The notes under the pieces are model-generated. The model made no database searches. It had not been told where the DNA came from and saw only the letters and a program-made list of their open reading frames with translations. From positions 5,856,001 to 5,920,000 of the forward strand of contig OZ251539.1 in the NCBI GenBank assembly GCA_965243135.1: a stretch of 64,000 nucleotides of DNA, in the 5' to 3' direction. The DNA is from Alphaproteobacteria bacterium (GTDB lineage: Bacteria > Pseudomonadota > Alphaproteobacteria > MPNO01 > UBA830). Position numbers and translations under genes: made by a program. Positions 9,961 through 20,101 of the stretch are shown piece by piece (position 1 is the stretch's first letter; each line of letters opens with the position of its first letter).

Positions 9961-10393
9961 TCGGGATACCTTCGGCCCGTTCCCGAAGGGGTTGGGCGCA
10001 CGGTGTTCGCCGATGACTGCGCGAAGATGCTGACCGACAGCATGCCGCTCAACGAGAGCGAGCCGGAGCGGTGCGCGCAACCTGAGGCACGCGCCAACGT
10101 TCCGCGGTCGAGGAACAGCTGATGGAGGTATTCGCCTTTCGCGAAGAAAACGTCGGCAAATTCGAGCGGTTTTCGCGAAACTTCACAAACGCCCGAGCCG
10201 AGGACACCTCCCGCGAGGTCGATGCAGTCAGCATGTCCGCATGTTGGAAATCGACAGCGGTGCGCGAGCCGTCCTGTCACGCTGGCCGACTGCCGACTCG
10301 CTATCGTTCCAGAAGGAATGGAGCCCGCGCCGAGGCTGCAACGTGACCCGCACGGCCAAGAACCATGGCGCGGTAAAGCAGTCTCCTTAGACA

Positions 10394-13300
10394 ATGACGC
10401 GGAGTCCATCATCTGCCGACGCGGACGTCATTGTCGACAACCAAGAACGCAACGTAGCGGATTTCCTGCGCGACAGCATCGAGCCCGGGGCAGACCTGTC
10501 TTTCGTCTCGGCCTATTTCACGATCTACGCGTACGAAGCCATGCGCGATGCCCTGGAAACCGCTGGACGCATGCGCTTTCTCTTTGGCGAGCCGACGGCC
10601 GTTGGCGCGCCGGACCCCGGCGGAAACGAAGGCAAGTCTTTCCACCTGAACGAAGACGGCGACATGGCGCTGAAACAAGTCCTCGCCCAGAAGCCGCTGG
10701 CCCGCGCCTGCGCCGCCTGGATCCGGCGACAAGTCGAGATTCGAACGATCAAACGCGCCAATTTCTTACATGGCAAGCTCTATCACGTGGCACAAGCTGA
10801 CAAGACCGCGGCACTCGCCGGCAGTTCCAACTTCACTCTGCGGGGACTCGGCTTCGGCGCTACGCCCAATGTCGAGCTCAACCTGGACGTACGCCGCGAA
10901 GAGGATCGCACGGCACTTCTCGACTGGTTCGACGACTTGTGGCGCGATGAAGGCCTCACTCGCGACGCCAAGACCGATGTCCTTGCAGCGCTTGACCGAT
11001 TGGGCCGACCTTATTCGCCTGAGTTCGTCTATTACAAGACACTCTTCCATGTCTTCGAAGGCTGGCTGGAGAGACATGGCGAGCAAGACGGCCTGCTCCT
11101 CGACATCCATCTTCACGATACGGAGATTTGGAAAGCTCTCTATGCGTTTCAAAGGGACGGCGCGACCAGCGCGATCAACCGTCTTCTACGCCACAACGGC
11201 TGTATCGTCGCTGACAGCGTGGGCCTCGGAAAGACCTGGACGGCACTGGCCGTCATCAAGTTCTTCGAATTGCGCAACGAGCGGGTCCTTGTCCTCTGTC
11301 CCAAGCGGCTCGAAGATAATTGGGTCCGCTATACCGCTTGGGCAGCGTCACGCAACAACCCCTTCGAGAAGGACCGTCTGAACTACGCGGTGCGCGCGCA
11401 CACGGACCTCAGCCGTTACGACGGATGGGCCGGAGCGATCGATCTCGCCCAATTCAACTGGGGTTCGTTCGATCTGATCGTCATCGACGAATCCCACAAC
11501 TTCCGCAACGAAGGTCGGGATCGGCGGGACGACGCCGGCAACCTTGTCAGGCGTAGCCGCTACAACCGCCTGCTCGACGAGGCACTGAAGGGCGGAGTGC
11601 AGACCAAGGTGTTGATGCTATCCGCGACCCCGGTCAACACCAGCTTGCGAGACCTTCGAAACCAAATCTACCTCATGACCGAGAGGCGCGAAGACGCGTT
11701 TCGAGAAGCGCTTGGAATCGGAAACATCCAGTCGATGTTCGCCGTCGCTCAACGCGAGTTTCAGCAATGGGAAAAGACGCGTATCGGCGGCCGAAAACCG
11801 GATAAAGCGTCCCTTCTCGAAAGGCTTGGCGGGGACTTCCTGACTCTGCTCGACGCAGTGTCGTTCGCCCGCTCGCGCGAACATGTTCGCCGTTACTATC
11901 CCGAAGTGACGTCAGCCATTGGCGGCTTTCCACTGCGATCTCAACCGCGAAACCTGCATCCAGCGACGGACAGCGAGGGAGAGCTATCCTACGACGACCT
12001 TCATCGTCGCATCGGGAAATTCCAGCTCGCAGTCTACATGCCCTCACAGTATCTGAAGGATACGTCGATCCTGGACGAGGAGAAGGCGACACTGCGTTTC
12101 GACCAGCGGGACCGGGAGCGTTTCCTGATCGGCATGATGCGAGTCAACCTACTGAAGCGTTTGGAAAGCTCGGTGCATGCGTTCACGCTGACGATGCGCC
12201 GCATCCTGGACAAGATGGACAACCTTGATCGCGTGATCGAGGCATGGCGGGAACGCGGCGAGTCGGAAGAGATCGACTCGCGCCCGGACGAGGACGAGGA
12301 GGACGAGGAGTTTGCGATCGGAAAGGGACGGCGCTACCGGCTCGACGAGCTCGACGTCGAAAGATGGCAGCGGGACATTCACGAGGATAGGAAGGTTTTC
12401 GAGGAGTTGCACCGCCGGGCGGAGCAAGTCACCATAGATCGCGACGACAAGTTTGCAGAACTGAGACGGGTATTGAGGCGCAAAGTCGAGGAAGCGCCGC
12501 TCGACATGGATGGGCGCGCCAACCGCAAAGTGCTCGTATTCACTACATTCGCCGATACCGCACGCTATCTATACGGCCATCTTGAAGAATGGGTACGCGA
12601 CGAACTCGGCGTTCATATCGCTCTCGTCACCGGCGGCGACAGCAACCGGAGCACTGCGGGAACATCGCGGTTCATCGATATCCTGACGCGGTTCGCCCCG
12701 AGGGCACAGCAGGCGGAGAGCGAGAACGAAGAAATCGACATCGTCATCGCGACCGACTGCCTGTCAGAGGGCCAGAATCTTCAAGACTGCGATTTGGTGG
12801 TCAACTACGACATCCACTGGAATCCCGTGCGGTTGATGCAGCGATTCGGGAGGATCGACCGACTAGGGAGCCGCAACCGGCAGGTTGCAATGACTAATTT
12901 CTGGCCTACCGCTGACCTTGACCGCTATCTGGATCTGAAAAATCGCGTCGAGGCGCGTATGGCGCTTGCCGACGCCGCGGCGACCGGTCTAGACGACCCG
13001 CTCAATCGGGAGCGTCGGACCGAGGACGAGCAGAGAGAAAACGCGCAGATGGAACTCGCCTTCCGTGACCGGCAGCTGACCCGCATGCGCGAGGAGATTC
13101 TCGATGTTGAGGAGGCGGACGATGGCGTTGGCCTGAACGACCTTACGCTGGACGACTTCATCGCCGACCTGCTGCACTTTATCCAGCGAAACCGCGTTGC
13201 GCTTGAAGCCGCGCCGCTCGGCATTCATGCGGTCGTGTGCGAGAGCGCGGCGACCAGTTCGGACCGCCCACCGGAATCGGCGCGGCAGGGAGCGATCTTC

Positions 13301-13708
13301 TGTCTAAAGCATAAGGGCGCCCCGACAGCGAGAACGCCGAACAGGCTCTGGCCTTACTTCCTGGTGTATGTCCGAGATGACGGCAGCGTGCGCTACACTT
13401 TCCGGCAAGCTCGGCAATGTCTCGCCCTGTTCCAGGCGCTGGCCGCCGGACGGCCCGAGGCGGTATTGGCGTTGGAGGACGCCTTTGATCAAGAAACTGG
13501 CCAAGGCCGATGTATGGAAAAATATGATGATATGCTTGCCGCAGCGCTGCGCAGTATTGCCGGTACTTTCCGGGATGCAGAACTCGTCGGGCTGAGTCGA
13601 GACCGCGGAGCCGTGCTCACCGAGAAGTCGCAGCACCAAAAGCCAGCCGAGAATTTTACATTGATCACTTGGCTGGTCATTACCAATATCGAGGCACGAC
13701 CGCAATGA
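10394..13708 (+). CDS. PLD-nuclease domain fused to SNF2-type SF2 helicase (RM/defence-associated)
   Basis: N-terminal HGK…GSSNFT; ADSVGLGKT, DESH, SATP, SEGQNLQ and QRFGRIDR helicase motifs. Confidence 0.9.
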   Translation: MTRSPSSADADVIVDNQERNVADFLRDSIEPGADLSFVSAYFTIYAYEAMRDALETAGRMRFLFGEPTAVGAPDPGGNEGKSFHLNEDGDMALKQVLAQKPLARACAAWIRRQVEIRTIKRANFLHGKLYHVAQADKTAALAGSSNFTLRGLGFGATPNVELNLDVRREEDRTALLDWFDDLWRDEGLTRDAKTDVLAALDRLGRPYSPEFVYYKTLFHVFEGWLERHGEQDGLLLDIHLHDTEIWKALYAFQRDGATSAINRLLRHNGCIVADSVGLGKTWTALAVIKFFELRNERVLVLCPKRLEDNWVRYTAWAASRNNPFEKDRLNYAVRAHTDLSRYDGWAGAIDLAQFNWGSFDLIVIDESHNFRNEGRDRRDDAGNLVRRSRYNRLLDEALKGGVQTKVLMLSATPVNTSLRDLRNQIYLMTERREDAFREALGIGNIQSMFAVAQREFQQWEKTRIGGRKPDKASLLERLGGDFLTLLDAVSFARSREHVRRYYPEVTSAIGGFPLRSQPRNLHPATDSEGELSYDDLHRRIGKFQLAVYMPSQYLKDTSILDEEKATLRFDQRDRERFLIGMMRVNLLKRLESSVHAFTLTMRRILDKMDNLDRVIEAWRERGESEEIDSRPDEDEEDEEFAIGKGRRYRLDELDVERWQRDIHEDRKVFEELHRRAEQVTIDRDDKFAELRRVLRRKVEEAPLDMDGRANRKVLVFTTFADTARYLYGHLEEWVRDELGVHIALVTGGDSNRSTAGTSRFIDILTRFAPRAQQAESENEEIDIVIATDCLSEGQNLQDCDLVVNYDIHWNPVRLMQRFGRIDRLGSRNRQVAMTNFWPTADLDRYLDLKNRVEARMALADAAATGLDDPLNRERRTEDEQRENAQMELAFRDRQLTRMREEILDVEEADDGVGLNDLTLDDFIADLLHFIQRNRVALEAAPLGIHAVVCESAATSSDRPPESARQGAIFCLKHKGAPTARTPNRLWPYFLVYVRDDGSVRYTFRQARQCLALFQALAAGRPEAVLALEDAFDQETGQGRCMEKYDDMLAAALRSIAGTFRDAELVGLSRDRGAVLTEKSQHQKPAENFTLITWLVITNIEARPQ

Positions 13709-16700
13709 CTGACACACCGATCCATTCCCTGCACTCAGCGCTGGTCGATCTCGCAGGCCCGAATCCATTGCGAGCTGGAGCGGCGGAATTGCTGAACATC
13801 CTCGGTTACCGGAGCGACCGGACAGCGGATGCAGGCAGCGTCGAGGAATTTAAGAAACGCTTCGCGACCGATAGCGAGCTGACCGAAAAGCAGCGTGATT
13901 TGTTCGACTCATGGACCGCCGTCGACATCGTGTATCAGTTCACCTTAGAAGAGGTAGCCCGGCAATCCGAGCCGTTCGAGACCGCTAGCTTCGATAAGAG
14001 CCGGATCAAGTCTTTCCTGTTCCTTGCCGTGGACATGTCGGGCGACGCCTACGCGCGTACGTATTTGGCGGAAACGACCCGCACCGTGAATCGCCTCTTC
14101 GCAATGCCGGTCATCCTTCTATTTCGTCACGGTTCGACCTTGACACTTGCCACCATCCATCGGCGCGCTCACAGGCGGGACGATGACCTCGACGTGTTGA
14201 CCAAGGTTACGTTGGTCAAGGACATCCGCATCCACAGTCCGCACCGCGCCCATATCGAGATTCTTTCCGACCTCGCTTTCCCTCGCATGGTCAAGTCGGG
14301 CGTCAGCAGTTTCGACGGCCTGCACGCGGAGTGGGAACGGACGCTCGACATCGAAACGTTAAACAAACGTTTCTACCGCGAGCTGTTCTCCTGGTTCGAG
14401 CGGGTAGTCGCCGAGTGCCGCTTCCCTAACGACGGCGCAGGGGAAGGCGGTGCAGAACGGCATGTCATCCGGTTGATCACACGCCTTCTCTTTATTTGGT
14501 TTCTGAAGGAGAAGGGTCTAATACCCGAAGAATTGTTCGAGGAAAAGTTCGCTCGTTCCACGCTAAGGAATCATGCGCCGGAGCGGACAGACTACTACCG
14601 CGCAATCCTGCAAAACTTGTTCTTCGCCACCTTGAACACCGAGATCTGCAGACGACGTTTTGGCAGTCAAGGGGAACCGGAGAAACCTGAATTCAACGAA
14701 TATCGCTACCGCGACCTTCTGGCCGATCCGGACGCCTTTGCCAAAAGCCTGCAGGAGGTCCCGTTCGTAAATGGCGGGCTGTTCGATTGCCTGGACGATT
14801 TCGCAGCCGTCAGCTCGGACGGCGGGCTGGTCGACGCTTTCGCAGACGATCCGGTCCACCACAGAGAATTGTGCGTTCCTGCGCGCCTGTTTTTTGACGA
14901 GAAAGGACTGTTCGCGTTCTTCCGACATTACAAGTTCACGATCGAGGAGGGCACACCGCTCGACCGAGAGGTCGCTCTCGACCCCGAACTTCTAGGCCGC
15001 GTTTTCGAGAATCTTCTGGCTGCCTACAATCCGGAAACCCGCGCAACCGCCCGTAAAGCCACTGGCTCCTATTACACGCCCCGACCGGTGGTGGACTACA
15101 TGGTCCGTGAAGCTCTCACCGAGGCTCTAGCGGCCGTTACCAAGCCAGCGGACGGCGATATCGAATCCTGGCGCGACCGGCTCGAATATCTTCTCGACCA
15201 TTCCTCTGCGATGGACGACGCCGACAAATTCTTCAAAAAATCCGACAGGCGTGCCGTCGTGTCTGGCATCGCGGAGATTCGAACGCTCGATCCCGCGGTC
15301 GGTTCCGGGGCATTCCCTATGGGTATCCTTCAAACCCTCACCTTGGCGCTGCGCCGTCTTGACCCCGACAACGCGCTTTGGGAGGAAATTCAAAAGGAAC
15401 GAGCCATGGCGCGAGCCAGGCATGCGTTCGACACTCCGGACCAGACGTCGCGAGACGAAGCGCTGCGCGAAATCAGCGAGACATTTGAAAAATACCGGCA
15501 GTCGGACTTCGGCCGGAAGCTTTACCTCATTCAGAACGGCCTCTACGGCGTGGACATTCAGCCGATTGCCTGTCAGATCGCCAAACTGCGGGTTTTCATC
15601 TCGCTGCTCATCGAACAGCAGTCCGCCCCTGGTTTGCCAAATCTCGGCATCAAGCCGCTACCCAACCTGGAGACGCGACTGGTCGCCGCCGACAGTTTGC
15701 TCGACCTAAAGGCCGAAGCCACCGATCTGCTTCACGAGGACGCCTTGACGTCGAAGCAAAGGGAGATTGCGGCCGTACGCGAGCGTTACTTCCTGGCCGA
15801 CAGTCGGCCAATGAAACTCGACTGCATGCGGGAGGAGAAACGACTGCGCGGCGAATTGCGGCAGATTCTGGAGGCGAACCGCCGGGACTGGGTCGCAGCC
15901 CAAGAGCGGGATATCGAAAGCACGGCGGCGAGATTTCCCAACGAGGACGCACGCGAAACGTTCCGGGAAGAAGAGCGGCGCGAGCTCGCTCGACGGCTAT
16001 GCAAGTACGATAGGACTTTGGCCAGCGCCCGCATGATTGCCGAATGGGATCCGTACGATCAAAATGCCCACGCCGCTTGGTTCAACGCCGAGTACATGTT
16101 CGGTATTCACGAGGGTTTCGACGTAGTGGTCGGGAACCCGCCCTACATTCAGCTGCAAAAGGATGGCGGTTATGCCGGGAAATTCTACGCTGGTGCCGGA
16201 TATGAGACTTTCCAGAAAACGGGCGACATTTATCAGCTCTTTTACGAGCGCGGTTGTGGACTGCTCAAGCCGCAGACGGGCGTGTTAGCCTACATTACTT
16301 CCAACAGTTGGATGAAGGCGGAATACGGCAAACCACTTCGCCGGTGGTTCGCGGAACGCCACACGCCTCTGCAACTGATCGAATTGGGAAAGAACGTCTT
16401 CGAGAATGCGATAGTCGACACGGCGGTGCTGGTTGTCAGGAACGACAAGGACCAGCCTGTAACATGTCGCGCGGTGGATATCGAGGAGGAATCAGATGAC
16501 CGATTCCCACCGCTCAAACGAAACTGGGGGACGCTGCAACCGGAAGGTGAGAGGCCATGGATGGCTCTTTCCCAAGTCGAGCGGGCCATCATGAAAAAGA
16601 TGGAATCTGTTGGCACGCCGCTAAGGGAGTGGGATATCTCCATTTACTATGGAATAAAGACCGGCTGCAATGACGCGTTTGTTGTGGAAACCGCGGTGCG

Positions 16701-16872
16701 GGATCGGCTGATCAACCAAGACCCGGCCTCGGAGCAAATACTTAAACCGATCCTCCGAGGCCGCGATATAGCGCGTTACCATGCAAACTGGGCAGGACTG
16801 TGGCTGATTGATACGCACAACGGCTACGATGGCAATTACTCCCGATCGACGTCAACGATTATCCCGCGGTGA
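13705..16872 (+). CDS. Eco57I/Type IIG-like N6-adenine DNA methyltransferase; frameshifted near 16834-16838 before its C-terminal specificity domain
   Basis: GSYYTP, LDPAVGSGAF (motif I), GVDI and NPPY (motif IV), gamma class; ATG overlaps the helicase stop. Confidence 0.9.
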   Translation: MTDTPIHSLHSALVDLAGPNPLRAGAAELLNILGYRSDRTADAGSVEEFKKRFATDSELTEKQRDLFDSWTAVDIVYQFTLEEVARQSEPFETASFDKSRIKSFLFLAVDMSGDAYARTYLAETTRTVNRLFAMPVILLFRHGSTLTLATIHRRAHRRDDDLDVLTKVTLVKDIRIHSPHRAHIEILSDLAFPRMVKSGVSSFDGLHAEWERTLDIETLNKRFYRELFSWFERVVAECRFPNDGAGEGGAERHVIRLITRLLFIWFLKEKGLIPEELFEEKFARSTLRNHAPERTDYYRAILQNLFFATLNTEICRRRFGSQGEPEKPEFNEYRYRDLLADPDAFAKSLQEVPFVNGGLFDCLDDFAAVSSDGGLVDAFADDPVHHRELCVPARLFFDEKGLFAFFRHYKFTIEEGTPLDREVALDPELLGRVFENLLAAYNPETRATARKATGSYYTPRPVVDYMVREALTEALAAVTKPADGDIESWRDRLEYLLDHSSAMDDADKFFKKSDRRAVVSGIAEIRTLDPAVGSGAFPMGILQTLTLALRRLDPDNALWEEIQKERAMARARHAFDTPDQTSRDEALREISETFEKYRQSDFGRKLYLIQNGLYGVDIQPIACQIAKLRVFISLLIEQQSAPGLPNLGIKPLPNLETRLVAADSLLDLKAEATDLLHEDALTSKQREIAAVRERYFLADSRPMKLDCMREEKRLRGELRQILEANRRDWVAAQERDIESTAARFPNEDARETFREEERRELARRLCKYDRTLASARMIAEWDPYDQNAHAAWFNAEYMFGIHEGFDVVVGNPPYIQLQKDGGYAGKFYAGAGYETFQKTGDIYQLFYERGCGLLKPQTGVLAYITSNSWMKAEYGKPLRRWFAERHTPLQLIELGKNVFENAIVDTAVLVVRNDKDQPVTCRAVDIEEESDDRFPPLKRNWGTLQPEGERPWMALSQVERAIMKKMESVGTPLREWDISIYYGIKTGCNDAFVVETAVRDRLINQDPASEQILKPILRGRDIARYHANWAGLWLIDTHNGYDGNYSRSTSTIIPR
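16638..16808 (+). repeat. 171-bp inverted repeat, left copy (inside the MTase coding sequence)
   Basis: Exact reverse complement of 17975-18145. Confidence 0.95.
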
Positions 16873-17381
16873 AAGCACACTTGGATAAATTCATTCGACG
16901 CCTTGAGCATCGTCAAGACCAAGGCGTCACGCCCTATAATCTCCGTAATTGCGCTTACCATGAGGATTTCAAAGGTCCCAAGCTCCTGTGGAAGGAAATG
17001 ACAGACCAAGGTTCCTTCGCATACAGTGAGACGGAGGTTTACACAAACAACAAAGCCTATATGATGACTGGCGAGCACCTGAGGTATCTTTGTGCTGTAC
17101 TAAACGGATCAGCCATATCTTGGCTGGTGGCAAAAATCGGGCTGACCACCGGAATGGGACTCATCCAATGGACGAAATTCGTTGTCGAGCAGATACCGAT
17201 TGTTCGACCTGATGAGCAGACGTTGCAGATCATCGGAGATAAGGTCACGCGTCTGACCGCCTCTCTAGATGCTGGAGATAAGCAGGAAGCCTTGGTAATC
17301 CAAGCCGAAATCGACAGCGATGTTTGCGAGCTATACGGCTTGTCAGGTCGACAAATCAAGGCATTGCGTAGAGCGAAGTAG
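16809..17381 (+). CDS. Specificity cassette A (TaqI-like C-terminal TRD) in the expressed orientation; joined to the MTase across a 1-nt deletion
   Basis: LLPIDVNDYPAVKAHL…NLRNCAYHEDF…KLLW…VLNG…LYGL TRD pattern in a shifted frame. Confidence 0.85.
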
Positions 17382-17974
17382 CTCTTCTAATTCCCTTTTC
17401 TCCTCCTTTGTGATGCCGTAGCTCTCATACACGATGGCTTCGATCTCCGGTTCGATTTCCTGAAAATATGCACTACCCTCATCTAATTCTCTACGCAGTA
17501 AATCGTCGACAAGACCTTCAAGGTGAAGGCCTTCTGGAACGGACTTTGGTACAGGGATTCCTTCTACCACATACGCGATCCACCTCGCGGTTCCCATTCC
17601 GGATGTCACCGCTGTCTTGTTCACATACCAAGTGATCAGAGATGAGTTTAGAAAGGCAGCCAACTGCTTCAGCAATGGGCCACGCATAACGTACGCAGTA
17701 TTGGCACAAAACATCTCTGCTCCGGCGGGTGCGTAGGAAAACCTGCCCTCTGGAGTTAAATCCATCCAAAATAGCTTCTCTTCGGAAAACTGTGCATGGT
17801 AAGCGCAATTATCTTGAGAGTTCGTACCACGCATTGGATGTCTTCTTCCTTGACCGACCTCCTCCTGGCAATCGGCGTCCTTCCTGTGCCAACCGTTCTT
17901 TGCCAAAAGACAATAGATGTCGCTTGATCGCCGGATAATTGTCGATGTCCAGATTGAGGGACGGAAACGTCGAT
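17343..17974 (-). CDS. Silent specificity cassette B (alternative TaqI-like TRD), with a +1 frameshift near 17817
   Basis: Continues the repeat in frame: WLISTFPSLNLDIDNYPAIKRHL…WYEL/QDNCAY…KLFW…FLNS…SYGI; lacks the MTase domain. Confidence 0.85.
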
Positions 17975-18145
17975 ATCAGCCACAGTCCTGCCCAGTTTGC
18001 ATGGTAACGCGCTATATCGCGGCCTCGGAGGATCGGTTTAAGTATTTGCTCCGAGGCCGGGTCTTGGTTGATCAGCCGATCCCGCACCGCGGTTTCCACA
18101 ACAAACGCGTCATTGCAGCCGGTCTTTATTCCATAGTAAATGGAG
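17975..18145 (-). repeat. 171-bp inverted repeat, right copy
   Basis: Exact reverse complement of 16638-16808. Confidence 0.95.
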
Positions 18146-18156
18146 GTATCGACGAA

Positions 18157-19090
18157 GGTAATGTCACGACTTTATGTGTGAGAAAGAAAAGGGTGGTTAT
18201 TTCTTGTTGTGTAACGTACCCCAAGCCGCAGGCCGCACGACAACGCCCCGCAAATCGAGAATTTTTTCGCGGCAGCGCTCGCCGTTCAAGAGCTCGGGAG
18301 CGCGACGCCGAGGGCACGCCCTGTTTTCACGCCGCGCTGTTCGTGCTCGGAACGTTATGTCGCAGCATGATAGCGGTGCGCGTCCAGAGGTCCCATACTC
18401 AAGGTTGCACGCTACAGGGCGGCAGCCGCCGATCATGAGCGTTTGTCTTGGGAGGCGCCCATGGGGCAGGTTCGTCGCCGAACCTCGCGGAAACGGCACT
18501 CAATGACGTTTGTAGTGCTGACCTGTTGGCGCTGGTCTGTGTATCAGAAGCAGGCCGGCAGGAGATCGTCGCGCAAGTAGGCGGCGGTCTTGGGGTAGAC
18601 ATCTTGCACGCGTCTGGCTAAACGCTCGGCGGCGCGCCGGGCCTTGGTGCGGTCGAGGGCGAAAGCGTGGAGATCCCGCTGACGGCCGGGCTTTGCGAAC
18701 CTTGTCGATGACCTTCCTGAGCTTGTGCGCTCAGCGGCGCTGGACCGGGATTCCAACGGTGGTCAAGGCTGCCATCGAGCCTTGACCACCGTCGATGCAG
18801 ATCATCTCCAGACCTTCGCCGGTCAACCCACGGGCAAAGAAAGAAGTGTTTCCGCAACGCTCTCGGCTCTCACGCCCCTCAATGATCTCCGCCAAGACCG
18901 GCGGCCCAGAGGGCGGTAGCCCTCGCTCCAGTCCAGCCCTTCGGTTCGCATTGCCTTCACGACCTCGAATCCCTCCTGTAGGTTCTTGATCGTCGCAGTC
19001 TTCAGCATCGGGGTGCTCCTTATTCGTGATTGTCGCCTGACCGCAGCGAGTGCCTCTTTTCCCGGCTGACACATAATTTGATACATCACC
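18157..19090 (-). mobile_element. IS256-family element, internally deleted and frameshifted
   Basis: DGGQG…IPVQR and RTTNVIE…REVRRRT fragments; imperfect TIRs (GGTAATGTCACGACTTTATGTGTGAG / GGTGATGTATCAAATTATGTGTCAG); 9-bp flanking repeat ATCGACGAA/ACCGACGAA. Confidence 0.85.
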
Positions 19091-19144
19091 ACCGACGAAC
19101 CGGATGTCCTACTGCGCCCCTTGCCTCAATAGGGGGATTATCGC

Positions 19145-20101
19145 ATGAACTATCCGCATAACGCGGCAGACTTGGAGCACTGCGCCGGCGCTGTCCGAAA
19201 AGCCGCTCATTCAGAAAATACGCGGACAGCGTATGAGAAGGGCTGGCAATGCTTCATCGCATGGTGCCGGAGCGTAGATTTGGTTCCGCAAAAGGCCGAG
19301 TCGGATGATGTCGTCAGGTTTTTGGTCGCGATGGCGAGCGAGGGCACGGCTGGCGGCAAGAAGCCGCTCGCGCTGAATACGCTTAGGCTCTATCGCAGTG
19401 GCCTGAATGACCAATGGCGTCGGATGGGGGCGCCTTCGCCCGCTTCCGCGAGGATGGTAGACGAGGTACTGCGAGGCTTGGCGAAAATCCACGGCGACGC
19501 CCCGCGCCGGGTAAAGGCTCTCAGGGAGTATCAGATTCGCGCGATGCTGAAGTCATGCGGCGGAGGCCTGCATGGACTTCGCGACGCAGCAATCCTGGCG
19601 TTGGGTTTCGCGGCAGCGCTCCGGAGATCGGAGTTGTGCTGCCTGCGGATGGAGGATCTCGAACGCAAGGGCGCCGAGGGCATGATGATTCACGTTCGAC
19701 GGTCGAAGACGGATCCGCAAGGAATCGGACAAAGGGTGGCGGTCATTGAGGGCAAGGTCATCAAGCCGATTGCGCACGTGGAACGCTGGCTAAGCGCATC
19801 CGGCGTTAGCGCGGGGTTCGTTTTTCAGACCCTACTGGCCGGCGGAGTGGCGTCAGGTCGGCCGCTCGATCCAGGCGATGTCGCGCGGGTGGTAAAGCGC
19901 CATGCCCGCAGAATTGGACTCAATCCGCGAGATTACTCCGGGCACTCCCTGCGGGCCGGGTTCGTAACTTGCGCAGCGGTGCACCACGCGAGGATCGACA
20001 AGATCATGGAGGTGACCCGACACAGGAACGCCGAAACCGTGTTGAAATACGTTCGCGACGAGGAGTCATTCGTCGATCATGCGGGTGCTTCGTTTCTCTG
20101 A
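19145..20101 (+). CDS. Tyrosine recombinase (Cre-like site-specific integrase/invertase)
   Basis: ALRRSEL, RSKTD, GHSLRAG and TRH…KY give a complete R-K-H-R-H-Y catalytic set; RBS AGGGGGA. Confidence 0.92.
   Translation: MNYPHNAADLEHCAGAVRKAAHSENTRTAYEKGWQCFIAWCRSVDLVPQKAESDDVVRFLVAMASEGTAGGKKPLALNTLRLYRSGLNDQWRRMGAPSPASARMVDEVLRGLAKIHGDAPRRVKALREYQIRAMLKSCGGGLHGLRDAAILALGFAAALRRSELCCLRMEDLERKGAEGMMIHVRRSKTDPQGIGQRVAVIEGKVIKPIAHVERWLSASGVSAGFVFQTLLAGGVASGRPLDPGDVARVVKRHARRIGLNPRDYSGHSLRAGFVTCAAVHHARIDKIMEVTRHRNAETVLKYVRDEESFVDHAGASFL

Noticed and set aside
10394-17381. Complete DISARM or BREX system
   Set aside because: No DrmA/DrmB (DUF1998), PglZ or BrxC genes are seen; only the PLD-helicase and MTase are present.
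16638-18145. Possible diversity-generating retroelement template/variable repeat pair
   Set aside because: The copies are identical and inverted with no adenine-specific mismatches, and no reverse transcriptase is in the window.
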